From contig NW_024704793.1 of NCBI RefSeq assembly GCF_018977255.1, forward strand, positions 62,001-126,000: a stretch of DNA of 64,000 nt. Direction: 5' to 3'. Under the pieces are notes generated by a model that ran no database searches, was not told the DNA's origin, and worked only from the letters and a program-made list of their open reading frames with translations. The DNA is from Callorhinchus milii (taxonomy: Eukaryota). A program made the position numbers and the translations under genes. Shown piece after piece: positions 21,463-34,130 of this stretch (the first letter of the stretch is position 1; each line of letters begins with the position of its first letter).

Positions 21463-22229
21463 CTGTAAGATGAAGGAACAGCAAACAAACATAATTACCT
21501 GTGAGCTCCGTCAGTTTATGCTATTTCGCTCAAACATCATTCACACAGCAATGAAGTGACATTATCAGAAGAGAGAACGAACTTTCTCCAATTTTCCAGG
21601 CCAACAAACCACCAAATGAAGATGGTCGATCCATGGCTGTTTGTTGGACATTGCTCTCCGCAACAGGATGCCATGTTTCGGGCACAAAATAAATTGGCAC
21701 TCGACATTACACTTTGAATCAGTGAATCGCTTGTCGACCCGCGATGATTGAATAGTGCAATATGAAATGTAGGATTTATATTTTTTATCAATTCGTTAAC
21801 GTTTTTTGGTCGAGTTAATGGACAAGTAAACATTAATCTTCTCTCGTTAGAATCATGTCACCATCTGACAAGACCCGGGTGACGTAAATTCACAGATTAT
21901 CATTTGAAATGCGTGAATCATATTTAACTTAAAATATATGTTCCTTCAAATGAGATCATGAATCCGAATGTCCACATCCACTGCTTGACGACGAATTCAA
22001 AAATTCCACTGTATTGTACTGAAAAGAATACACATCACGCACAAAATAATTCGCAATATCAAAATAAGTGAAGCGAATTCACGCACTACAGTTTATCCTC
22101 AAACTGTAAATAAACAGCATCACCTTTATGTGTTCAAATTACCTGTTCTTTATTGAGAAACAAAGTTGGTAACATTTCATGCAGTTCTTAGAGGTAAGAT
22201 TTAAATGTATTAAACAATGATGCTGCTTA

Positions 22230-22920
22230 TGGTCAGAACCCAACAATTTCTATACATCTCCAATGCCTTTCTCCCAGGTCTCCGCAACTTCTCCCTTCAC
22301 AACATCCGACAGATTCAATACGTTTCCACCATGTACTCATTCTCAGCATTCTCTGCATCTCAAACCCTCCAGTGCTTTCCAGGCTTCACTGCTTCCTTTC
22401 CACGGAACAGATCGGTTTCAATATCCTCAATCTCATCTTCAAACCATTCCCTGCCCTGGCAGCTCTCTGCCGCTCAACAAGAACAACAACTTATGATTTG
22501 GGGGTCGCCCTTTACGCACGGTAGCGACCTGGAATGCTTAACGGTGACGGAGACCTACAAGAAGCCAGGAGGAGAGCGAGAGGGAAGGCAACTGATCAGG
22601 ACAAAAGAGGAATATTTCTGCCAGGAAATGAACCGGCCGTGGGCGAGGTGTCGGCTGTGATTTTGGTGAGGGGTGGATGCAGGCGGGCGGTTTGGAAGAG
22701 GAGGGAAAAAAAACAGTCCTTGTCAGGGAATGGACATATGTTGGAGGGAAAGCCGAGCATCACAGGTGACGGCTCAGTTGCCGATGGGTTTTGTGAGTCT
22801 GAAGGAGAGCCGACATTCAGCTGCTGGAAGTTTGCCCTCATCCAGTCAGTGACGTCCATCAAAAAAGTGACCAGACATCAGCGGACTAGGGTTCACAGCT
22901 GGAGAAGTAGAAGTAGATGT
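22230..22920. mobile_element. L2 fragments (two pieces in opposite orientation) in the GPCR-A intron
   Basis: ORF 22596-22862 (DVTDWMRANFQQLNVG) is L2 RT. Homologous pieces occur at 50890-51480. Confidence 0.75.
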
Positions 22921-22981
22921 TAATGTCATGTGCAGAATTAAAGCAAAGTAAAGCAAGTCAAATGTGGCTGTAATGAATTAC

Positions 22982-23081
22982 CTGTAACACCAACAGATGC
23001 CAGAATAGGAAAATAAACTATCAGTGTCCGATAAAGTGTTGGCAGATCCTGCCAAAAAACAGAGGCTAAAGCCCGCAACAT
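22982..23081 (-). CDS. GPCR-A exon 1: MLRALASVFWQDLPTLYRTLIVYFPILASVGVT(A)
   Basis: 100-nt exon with donor ACA G|GTAATT, in phase with exon 2. Same length and MLRAL start as exon 1 of GPCR-C; predicted protein 332 aa. Confidence 0.85.
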
Positions 23082-23639
23082 TGTCTATCACCAGCGTAGA
23101 GTGTCAGTGCTGCAAACAACAGGTTAGACTGACACTCAACGCTGCCACTCTTTATATCCCAGAAACGTCTCGACAGAGAACAGAATATTTGCTCAACTGA
23201 TTGTGAAACGCCAATGTTGAGCTTCTGGATCGAACTGCTGACTCGATTCCTTGGGGGAGGTAAGCAGGATCTCATAGGGTTTGAGATAGCTTTAAGGTGA
23301 CGTGTTCAACAACAGAAATCTGGAATGAAATCAAACCTGTGCAGTGATAAAGAACGTGTCTGTCTCTGAGTCAGGCAGGTTACATGTTAATTTAATGACT
23401 GAGATTGTGGGTTGTGATCAAAGGTCATGAATGGAAGCTGAGGTCAATGATCGGGGATGAGGGCCGTTATAGGATGCTCGTTTGGGGATTTAGAGAGGTT
23501 TGGTCTTGTCTTGGCCTAACATCGACCAGAAAGAATTGTTCTTATCCACTGAAAGTGAACAATATATTAACCAAAACAATGACAGACAGGCAACGTGAGA
23601 TGCACACATCGCCCAATGTATCTACGTACTATATTCTGT

Positions 23640-23790
23640 AAAATTATTTCATAAGAGAAAACTCTCTGATCGGGGTTTGAAAGAATCATCACTTGTTGCT
23701 TCAACCTTCTCCCTGGAGAGCAATTTCCACAGATTCATTATTCGCTCTCTGAAGTACGATTTGTGTAGTTTTTTTTTGCATTCCATCCCA
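23640..23790 (-). mobile_element. CR1 LINE 3' fragment
   Basis: KSYFRERIMNLWKLL resembles the CR1 C-terminal F(S/T)xRVVNxWNxLP motif. Confidence 0.65.
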
Positions 23791-24714
23791 TCCCACACCG
23801 CATAGCCCAACCAACCCTCATCCCTCCCCCCCACCATCCTACCCGGTTCAGACATAGGTAACCTCCTCTGGGTCTACTAAAAACAGGGATCGTGTCGCTG
23901 CCCAATCATCTCTTTTGCAATGTGAACATGACCAATATACTTAGTCAGTCTTCCTCCTCCAGTGCCGCCATTCATACAATAAATTTGGTTGTCGTCCTCT
24001 CAATGTAAGAGCCGAGGACGTCACCACACCTTACGCTTGGGACAGTCGTCCTGAATATTATGTACCCATCGATATAAATTAAATTTGTTTACCGTTTTGA
24101 TAAAAGGTCATCAGCTGGATACATGCCATCTGATGCCCTCAGTGACAAGCTTTGACATGTTTACTGGTTCATCTTTTAACGGCTCAATCACGTAAATTCT
24201 TTTGGCTGCTCTGGACTGACACGAGGTTGGCCTCTTCGACAGATAGATGGCTACGAAACTCACATAACTCCCAATAAGTCAGTAAATATACTGGCACTTT
24301 TTCCAGCTATCATTCGTATACATCTCCACTGCATCCATTGCAGTAAATTATTATCTTTCTTAATATGAGGAGGTGCACAGTCTTAGTGCTGCAGTTTCCA
24401 TCCGACCAATCAAATGGATATAAGTGTTAATATAATTTGACTTGTTTACTCTATGGCTAGAACTGAATGAAATTGAACACGATCAGCATTTCCAAAAATA
24501 ATTCGACACCCAGCAATGAGAAGGATATATTAGCTGCCACTTACAGTTGCTTAGGCAATGCAAGCTCACAATTCCTTTTGCTGATCTGCGCCTCGCAACA
24601 TCCTGCCGGTCACATTTAATTCCATGTTTTCGTGTTGTTAAATTATAGAAGTTGTAGTCTAATAACAATGAACATTAAACAAATATAGAATGGATAAAGT
24701 TCTGACATTCATGG

Positions 24715-27610
24715 CGTGGGATACACCTGGTTATCTCTGTTTTTGAAAGAATAACAAGACAGCTTCGGAAAAGGGCAGAGGTTCATCACTTACCAGGAAA
24801 TATAAAGAAGCCCACAAAGGTAACGGTCCAAGGTACCGGTCGACACAGAATCTCCGTTTAGCAATAAGTCTCTAGATTCAGGAAGGGCCTACCGAGCTGC
24901 AGAAGGTAACGCTGAAGAATAGAAACTAATGAGCAAGTTGTTTAAACAAGAAGACTTTCGCACCATCTCGGGATACTGATAAGGATTAACCAGTCTCTTA
25001 AATGGAATGTATTGATGGTCCCACATAACAAAATAACAAGCAGTAGATACAGCCCTAAACCGAGCAAACTCCTCTTTTAGAGAGGACACAGTGAATACCT
25101 CTTGAAGACTCAGTTAGGCTGGCACCAAGCCGGAGGGTTTATTAACCTGAGTAAGTGACTGTATCAGAAGTGGGTCGCTTACTATTATCTGACCTTTAAG
25201 ACCGGAAAGTGGGGAATGGGATAAAAACCTAACATTCGCTGATCATGAACGCACGTCAAACTGGACAATGTGGTGTATACCTTGATTGGCTACAACGATG
25301 TAGAAATATTACAGTGTAATAGGGTTAACGTTAGTTAACTCCAGAGCAAGTCTGCTGAGACATCTTGACTTGAAAACCAAGTGCTGAATCAACTAAATCC
25401 CGAATCAATGAAATCCAGGAGTATTGCTCTGCTCCGAATAACTGCTGCTCCATGATGGCAACTCCTCCACATTCAATTCCCTCGTCCCCCTAAAATACAG
25501 GACCATCTGCAAACCCACCCAAGCCCCCCCCCCCCCCCCGGTACAACAACCAGCTGCGCCGCCAATAAATCAAACCCGTTTGCTCGAGCGCAGATGGCGG
25601 ACAACTGGCCTGGCAGCTCACCTCCAACTGTGACTCGAGCATCTCCACAGCTACCGAAGTTTTTTGACTTGATCAAAAACGGCCTTCTACTCCAATATCA
25701 TCTTGAAGGATCAACATATCCCCACATCCTTTTTGCCACTACCCGCTTCCCCCAGTTCCCCCCATCAGTCCTCCTCAATCTCCATATCTAATGCCAAGTG
25801 CGAGGAGGTCATGGACTTCGTTTCATCTATAAAACTTAACAACGGCCAGGCAGCCTCATCCCCCTGCACCTTGTCTCCTACCACCACTCGCTCTATTTCC
25901 CCCTCACTGTCTTCATCATCTGTTCATACCTCCAAACCCTTTATGTACTCTTTACTCCCCAGCTCCACATCCTCATTCTCACCCACCATCATCTCCATGA
26001 AACCCTCCACTTGCTGCATCGACTCCATCCCCACCAGCTTACTGGTCACAGAACTGTCCTTTATCTGCCCACTATTGGCTGACATCATCAAACAGTCCCT
26101 CTCCTCCGGATCAGTCCCTGCCTCCCTCAAATCTTCTGTCATTACCCACCTTCTGAAAAAACGCTCTCTAGATCCCTCAAACCCCAGACACGACCGCCCC
26201 ATTTCTAAGCTGCCCTTCCTCCCAAAAGTTCTAGATCGCGTTGTTGCAAACCAACTTCGCTCTAACCTCGCATCCCACTCTCTCTTCGAACCCCACCAGT
26301 CCGGTTTCCGCACACAGTACAGAGACTGCGCTTGTGAAATTCACAAATAACATCCTTTCTATCTGTGACCAGGTCTCTCTCTGCCTCCTTGTCCTCCTGG
26401 ACCTTTCCGCCGCGTTCGGCACTCTCGATCACGCCATCCTCCACCACTGCCTTTCCTGCGTCATCCAACACCACTGCCTTTGCTCCGTCATCCACCTCAA
26501 TGGGACCGCACTCGTCTGGTTCGAGTCCTATTTCACAAACCGCCAGCAGTACATCTGCACAAACGTCTTCTCCTGCAAACGATCCATTCTTGGCGGCCTC
26601 TTCTTTCTGTCCTACATGTTCCCTCTTTTTGTTGTCATCTGTAGACATGGGGTGCATTTCCACATGCATGCTGACCACACCCAAATCTATTTTTCCACCT
26701 CTTTTGTGACCCCCCCAGTCCCCTGATCTTCTGCCTGTCAGATTCAGTTTCTGGATGAGCGCAAATTCTCTTGAGCTAAACTTGACACGACCGAAGCCAT
26801 ACTCATTGGCTCTCTTCAACATCTAGAATCTCATGGCTCTCACCTCCTCCATCAACACGACCTCCCACTAAAACTCTCAGAACCCGTACACAATGTAGAC
26901 TTCAGGTTCGACCCCGAAATTATCCTTCCTCCCTTACATCCGGTCTGTCACCAGCACCTCCTTCTACCATCACCGACGGATCGCCGTCTCCGCCAATAAC
27001 TCTCCCCAAAAGCCGCTGAAACCGTGGTCCATAGCTTTGTCACATCTCGGCTGGACTGCTCTGACGCCCTCCTCGCCGTTCTCCCATCCAATACCATCCA
27101 TAAATTCCACATCATTCAAAATTGTGCCGCCCGCATTCCCACCCGCACGAAACTGCGCTTACCGATTCCCCTCGTCCTGACCAGACTGCACTGGCTGCCT
27201 GTTCCAGAGAGGATCGACTTCAAGATCCTCAGCCTTGTACTCAAATCCCTCCACTCCTCTGCTCCCCGTACATCACTGACCTCCTCTCTTCCCAAAACAG
27301 TGCCCGTTGCCTTATTTCCTTCGGGTATGGCCTCCTCATTGTCCCACGAGTCCTCCGCTACGCTCTTGGCGGCCGAGCGTTCAGCCAATACGCCCCGTGT
27401 TTCTGGCACTCCCTTCCTTCCTCCCTTCACCTCACTCCCACTCTTCCTATTTTCAGCTCTCTGCTCAACAACTTTATTTTCGACAGCGCCTTTGTTCAAT
27501 TTGCTCCCCCTCCCCCTGGCTCGGCCACGGGATCCGTGACTCTGAAGCGCTCTGAGACGCCGTCCGGCGTGGAGGCCGCCGTATAAATCCAAGTTGATCT
27601 TGTTGTTGTT
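24715..27610 (+). mobile_element. Long decayed L2 LINE (probable 5' region, RT domain, 3' tail)
   Basis: RT motifs across frames: DSIPTSLL..PLLADIIKQSLSSGSVPASLK, RPISKLPFLPKVL, HSTETALVK, LLVLLDLSAAFGTLDH, HMHADHTQIY, FVTSRLDCSDALL, LHWLPVPERIDFKIL. Tail aagcgctctgagacgccgtccggcgtggaggccgcc then (TTG)n. Confidence 0.9.
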
Positions 27611-27799
27611 CTTGCATCTAAATTTGGGCTGAATGGACTGTCGTTCCCGGGCTTGAACATCCGCAACTTTATGTGCATTGGAATAGCATTTGAAGCATTC
27701 CAGTTCTCTGGCAGAATCACGGCGTCTTAGGAAGCTTGAACGATATGGTCAGATCAAAAAACTACCAATTTGTTAGGCTGGATTTCGATTGAACAAATC

Positions 27800-27990
27800 C
27801 GTGTGGGGTTTGCCTTGTTGAGCCTTATTTTTGTCGTCAAAATTTACTTTGTCCAGGATTACTGCAACCCTCCATTCCTGTAGAACCCCATTCCCCTGTG
27901 TCCAAAATGATTGAAATTTTGTAATCGGAGCCGCCGCTATTTCAACCCGTACGGCCCTCAGTAAATCTGGTTGCATCCCAATGACGGGTT
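27800..27990 (-). mobile_element. CR1 RT fragment
   Basis: VEIAAAPITKFQSFW.QG.GVLQEWRVA resembles the CR1 EIAxPLxxIFQxSLxTGxVPxDWRxA motif. Confidence 0.6.
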
Positions 27991-28699
27991 GACTTGTCTA
28001 ACTTTAGCGCCAACAGTCTTTGTATTACCTCCACTCGGTTTATTGTTATCTTATACAATTGCTGCCCTCTCTCCTCCTATACAATTTCATTTGATTCATT
28101 TTCTTATTTTATGAAGACAGAGGCAAATTACTCATTCAGCAAGTTAGCCATTCACTTTGTCTCCACAAGAACATTTCTTGTTTGGTCCCTAAATGGGCAA
28201 TTGCTTTCACTAAGCTTCTCTTTTTGATACGCTTATAAAGTAGACTGTGCTTCCATTAAATATATCGTCTGCTAATTTTTATTTGATACAATCTCTTGCT
28301 CGCTGTTATTTCATAACCTGATTGAAGAAAGTAATGCAACGTAAAATGGATTTTCGGGAAAATTCAAGGGATTTCATGGGCAATAGTACACCATATATTA
28401 ATACGCTAAGAGAAAAAGAGTAACCAAGGGATATCTGGGACAGTTAAAGTCACATGTGGGAGAATTATAATGGACAATAAGTTAATGGCAGGTGTCAGAA
28501 AATAAAATCAGCCATCATCCGTGTACAACCAGATATCAGACTGTTTTATTATTATTATTCGTTCATTATTCCCCAATATCCCGATGGGTCAGACCAAAGG
28601 CCGGTACAATTGACAGACCTTATAACAGAACAATACACCGTAGATATCTCGAGTTCAACACTGTGTCTTTACAGCGCACAAGCTTGATTCTTCATGCGA

Positions 28700-31335
28700 T
28701 CTTCATTTGTCTATTCCTTCATCCAAGTCGTTTATATTTGGAGAAAGTCCTCCGTACAGCAACCTGGAGAAAACCGATTATCCCTTGCTCCTATTCAGAG
28801 ATACTTCCCCTTTTTCGCAAACATGTGTTCCGTGACCCGAAACCAATTAGGTGCCACATCGCAAAATTACCTCCAATACCATGCATTTTTATTGTTGCGA
28901 TTAACTTCTTAGAATTATAGAATCGTAGAATCGTACAGCACAAAAAGATGCCTTTCTGCCCATCGAATATGTGCCGGCTCTTCGAGCAGAACAATCAATG
29001 TCAATCTCACTCCCCAGCCCTTCAACCATAACCCTGCAAACCCGTCCTCCTCAAATACCCGTCCATCACATTTAAAATTTAGTTATCGAATCGTCCTCGA
29101 TCACTCTTTCAGGCAACGCGTTCCAGATTCGAACAAATCGCTGCGTGAAAGCATTTCATCTCACCTCCCCTCAGCTTATGTTAGAAACCATTTTGAATCT
29201 ATGACATCGAGTCACCGACACACGCACCAGTGGAAACAGTTTTTCCCCTTCTAACCTAACAAATATCCTGATTATTTTGAAGACCTCTGTTAGATGTCCT
29301 CGTAACCTTCTCTGCTCCGATGAGAAAAATCCTAGTCTCTCTAGCCTTTCCTCATAACCAATGTTCCTCATTCCTGGACGATCGTCGTAAATCATCTCTT
29401 CACCCTTTCCAATGATTACGCATCATTCCTATAGTGTGGGGCCCATGATTAGGCGCAGTATTCTAATTGAGGCCTAACCACTGTTTATATATGTTAACAA
29501 TAATCTGCCTCCTTTTGTAATCTATCCCCCTATTTAAAAAGCCTGCCATCTCATTTGCCCTTTATACAGCATTGTCTACCTGTGCTGCCAACTCCAAGGA
29601 TTTACTTTCCTGCTCCCACAAATCTCTCTGTACATTTACACCCTTAAGATTGTATTACGTAGCCTGCACTGCCTTCCCTAATTCTGTGTACAAAATGCAT
29701 TACCTCGCATTTATCCACATTGAAATTCATCTGCCACGTGTCTGCCCATTTTATCATTCTGTTCATGTCTTCCTGCAGTTGGCTACTATCTTTCTCATTG
29801 TTTACTACCCTACCTAACTTTCTGTCGTCCGCAGACTTGGAAATGGTACTTGCTATATTCAAGTCCAGATCATTTATGTACATTCAGAAGTGCGGAAGTC
29901 ATAATACCGATCCCTGGTGAACGCTACTGTAAACTTCCATCCAGCTAAAAAGGCAGCCGTTCACCAAAACCGTCTGCTTTCTGTGTCCCAGCCAGTTCTG
30001 GATCCATGCAGCCACTGTTCCTTTTATACCATGGGCTTCTAACTTTCTTATATTTCTTTCATGTGGCTCATTGTAAAATGCCTTTCCAATGGCCATATAA
30101 ACTGCATCAACTGCAGTGCCTTTATCCACCCTCTCCTTTTCCTAATCGAAAATCAAGATTTGCCTTTGACAAATCCATGCTCGCTGTCCCTAGTTAACCC
30201 ATATATTTCTCAGTGATATTTATTCTGTCCCGGATTATAGTCTCCAGGATTTTCCCCACGGATCATGTCAGGCTGACTGGCCTGTAGTTCGCAGGTTTAG
30301 GCTTCTGTCCGTTTTTTGTACAGGCGAGGCACATTGGCCACTCTCCAGTCCTGTTATATGTGGCTCCACATCTTTGTCCAATGAAGATTGAAAAATTGCA
30401 GTCAAAGCCTCCGCTAATTGTACGCTTGAACTCCATAGAAACCTTGGTTGCATCCCGTCTGGATCGGTCGACTTGTCAACCTACATCACAGTCAACCTTT
30501 TCAGTACTTCCTCTCTGTTTATACCTATCTTATCCATTTCCACTACCTTCTCCTCCGATACTGCGACATTTGGTGCATCCACTCCTATTGTGAAGACAGA
30601 TGCAAAGTACTCATTCAGCACATCAGCAATGCCCTCTGCCTCCACAATAAAATTTCCACCTTGTCCATAATTGGCCCCACCCTACCTTTCACTTGCCTTT
30701 TTATCTTGATATGTTTGGAAAATATTTTAGAATTCCTTCAAAGTTAACCGCTGAACTTTACTCTTATAAGCTATTAGCCTCTCTTATTTCCTTTTTCAAA
30801 CCTCTTCTGCACTTCCTATATTCTATTTGGTTTTCTTCTGTATCTTGGGTTTGTTTGACATTTGTCATGCGCCTCCTTTTGCTGCTTCATTCGAGATACA
30901 ATATACCTCTGTCATCGAGGGAGGTTTGGATGAAATAATGTTCCCTTTTGTGTGAATGTATTTATTCTATCCCCGAGATATCTCATCCTTGAAAACTTCC
31001 CACTGCTTTCTATTTGTTTTACCTGTCGATCTTTCTTTCCAGTGAACCATGGCTGGGTCCCTTCTTGACTCCCAGATATTGCCCTCTTCCAGTTGAAAAT
31101 ATTCACCTTAGACGGTTCCTAGTCTCTTTCCATATGCACTCTGAAAGTAATGATGTTATGAGCACTGATACACAAGCTCTCTCCAAATGAAACCTTATTC
31201 ACTTGCCCTACTTCATTCCCCAGCATTGGATCTAGCACTGCTTCCTTCCTTGTTGGGCTTGAAACGTAGTGATCAAGGAAGTTGTCCTCCATGCATTTTA
31301 GGAATATTTACCCCTCCTTGCTCTTTGCTTTGTTG
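28700..31335 (-). mobile_element. Nested CR1 LINEs: a ~2.4-kb copy (28905-31335) inserted into an older CR1 fragment (28700-28905)
   Basis: YINDLDLNIASTISKSADDRKLG, KWADTWQMNFNVDKCEVMHF, YEERLERLGFFSSEQRRLRG; terminal (GATTCTA)-like repeats at ~28910-28935. Confidence 0.92.
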
Positions 31336-31356
31336 TTTTGTAAGTCTTACTTTCAG

Positions 31357-31591
31357 ATTTTGGCGAATGGTCAGATATTGATCACATGTGACAATCACAG
31401 TTAATCAGATAGAAATTGTGAATGCGGCATAAACAAGGAACATTCAGGGTCGACTCACGGAACGAATTTTGGAAGAAATCAGGAAAAATGCGACTGACAA
31501 TCATGCACTCACATTGCCACCACATAGCGAGAGGTAGTTTTGGAGAGACTGCACCAACCTCGAGACAGGATCACACATGCCACTAGTTTAT
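31357..31591 (-). pseudogene. GPCR pseudogene fragment (GPR139-like, TM1-TM3), truncated by CR1
   Basis: KLVACVILSRGWCSLSKTTSRYVVAM* followed by a frameshifted TM3 remnant. Acceptor is mutated to TG. Confidence 0.85.
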
Positions 31592-31819
31592 CAACACAGA
31601 GAGAGAGAAAGACGAATTGCCAGTCATAATGGTGCACTCTTTCAGTTGATTTAATGTCAATCAACGAATAATGTGGAATTTCTGCTGTCACAACATTTAT
31701 CTCTCCTAACTAAAATCGTAATCTTGTGGATTCAGAAGGAACAGCACAGCGAGGTTTACTTTTATCCCTGTCAGGTGTACAATGATACTATCAGCCCGTG
31801 AGGTCAGTATGCGCTGCCG

Positions 31820-32075
31820 TGAGCCAAGGAAACGTGCCTGTTTCTTGCCAAGATTCAGTTGCAGCAAGTTGGCTCTCGTACAGAACCTGATGTCTGACAG
31901 ACAATTAGACAGATAACTAATGATCCTGGAGTCGTGGATGGATGCTGCCAGGTAGAGTTTTTGTCAAGTACAGCGGTGTGGCCCTGAAAACAGTGAACGA
32001 TAGTGCCAAGTTCAAGCGATTTGAGACGCAATCCTGCGTGGAAGGCGCTATTTAGTCCAATTTGTTTTTCTTCAT
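31820..32075. mobile_element. L2 remnants (minus RT piece plus a plus-strand tail)
   Basis: Minus strand reads LSNCLSDIRFCTRANLLQLN; plus strand has the tail aagcgatttgagacgcaatcctgcgtggaaggcgctat. A paralogous copy lies at 59560-59790. Confidence 0.65.
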
Positions 32076-32989
32076 CATGACTCCATGCCTACCGATGACA
32101 TCAGCAAGCGGCCGATGCAGCCATAGAGATACAGACAGTGAGAGAGTGACATAAATACAGGTAGAGAGAGAAACCCAGGGCGACTCAGAGAAACATGCAC
32201 ACAGATAGACGAACGTACTCACAGATGCATCGTCATAAACACAAGCAAAGAGAGATAAATCCAGAGAAAGTGATATAGAGAATCACGACAGTAAGAGGCA
32301 GATGCCGGATTCCAGCATTTCACTGGAGTTTCCCAAATTGTATCGTCAACTTATTGACGTCTGACTCGGAGGCGGGAGTGTTGCCACTGAGACATCTTTA
32401 TGCATTGTCTTTGAAAGAGCCATTTATTTCACAGTGTATCGAGTGAAGGGAATTCGTTATTGGAAACGCGTGTTTCGCCTACAAAATATATAATCAATTC
32501 AGTAACGTAGAGTTTGTGAAGGCGATTAGGACGTCTGAAAGCTGTGTTAAATTGCCAAACGAAATGCAGATGCTATAATTCTGCGAATTTATTCTCCGTT
32601 GCAAGCATTTTCTGATTCATTGGTTAGTATCCAACAGTACCTCAAAACACACAATTAGATCCAAAAATACTGACCCTTGGTGTGCTAAAACCAATTCTCT
32701 CCAGAATTTAAAATAATAACAGAGTGAACAAGGAAAACTCAACAGGTCAGGCAGCATCTATCGAGAAAAGAAAGTGATTCAACGTTTCTGGTTCATAAAC
32801 CTTCGCCAGAACTGAATCAAAAGGCAAAGGGATGCACAAGGACACAGAGAACTTGTCAATACAATTTTCATTGGCTATACAACGTTCAAAGGAATAGACA
32901 GACGTTTCAGTTGTCTTCGCACACGATCCGGATGCAGCCACAGCCAGAATATCAGAGGGGCGCTCAGAGAAATTAGATTGGAATAGAAT

Positions 32990-34130
32990 AAACCCAGAGT
33001 AGATCTTAGAATTTTTATAGTGCTCAAAGTAGATAAGTTATCTTGTGCGGACGGGGTGCATTCTTGGTTTTTGAGAGAAGCATTAGTGGAAATATTGGCG
33101 ACTTTGCTGACAATTTGTCAATCCCTCTTGTCCACTTGGGCCAGAGGACTGGCGGATTGCAATTGCTACTCCACTGTAGAAAAAGGGGCAAAAACATACA
33201 CCTGGCAACTATAGATCTGACGTCAGTCGTGTGAAATTTCTCGAAACTATAATCGTGGACAAAATGTGATTTCACATCGAAAAATATGGGTTTGTAAATG
33301 ACTGCCAACACGAATTTGTGGAGTGCAACTCATATCTAACAAACCTGATGGAATATTTTGATGAAAGGACGGCCACTGTGGATGAAGTTTATGCAGTTGA
33401 TGAAGTTTAGATGGATTCTCAAAAGGCGCATCACAACGTGCTGCATAAGAGACTTGTAGGCAAAATAGACGTCTATGGTGTTAGATGGACAGTAACAGTA
33501 TAGATACAGATCTGTTTGGGATACCAACAGAAGGTAGTTGACGTGACGGTTCTTTTTCTGAATGGAGGGAAGTGTGAAATTTTGTCCCCCAGTGGTCAGC
33601 ATTGGGACCACAATTGTTTTTGATTTATATAATTGATTTGAACTTGGATATAGGGAGAACAAGTTCCAAGCACAACGATGATATTAAGCTAGGAATTTTA
33701 GTAGACTGTGAAGAGGTTATCAGTAGACGATAAGACGACACATACAGAGTGATAAAATGGGCAGAGACATGGCAGATGAAGTTTAATGTGGAGAAATGCG
33801 AAACGATGCATTTCGGTGGGGGTTTATTGTGAGTCGATAACAAAAGGTCGACGATGTAAAATACTGACTAAAAGAAGCAGAGGGAAGGCGAAGAGAAATG
33901 GTTTCATATAGCGAGTTGTTCGGATCCGGAACGCATTGCTTGAAATGATGGTGCAAACTGATTCGATAACCACTTCGAAGGGATAATTAGATAACTTATA
34001 GGGAGTAGAAGTTTGCAGGGTTATGGAGAGAGTGGGTTTGTGAGAATTGTTTCGATCGCTCTTTTCAAAGAGCTGACACAGACGCAGTGCACCGAATGAC
34101 CTCCTTCCGTGGAGTGCAATTCTATGATTG
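32990..34130 (+). mobile_element. CR1 LINE RT and 3' region
   Basis: Plus strand has ggactggcggattgc, ttctcaaaaggc..acaacgtgctgcataagagact, gatttatataattgatttg, aaatgggcagagacatggcagatgaagtttaatgtggagaaatg, then 3' UTR. Confidence 0.88.

Larger units (their letters stand above)
28490..32340 (+). repeat. Segmental duplication copy 1 (direct repeat of 54535-60070)
   Basis: Near-colinear high identity by eye across unique sequence, nested CR1s, the GPCR pseudogene and L2 remnants. Confidence 0.9.
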
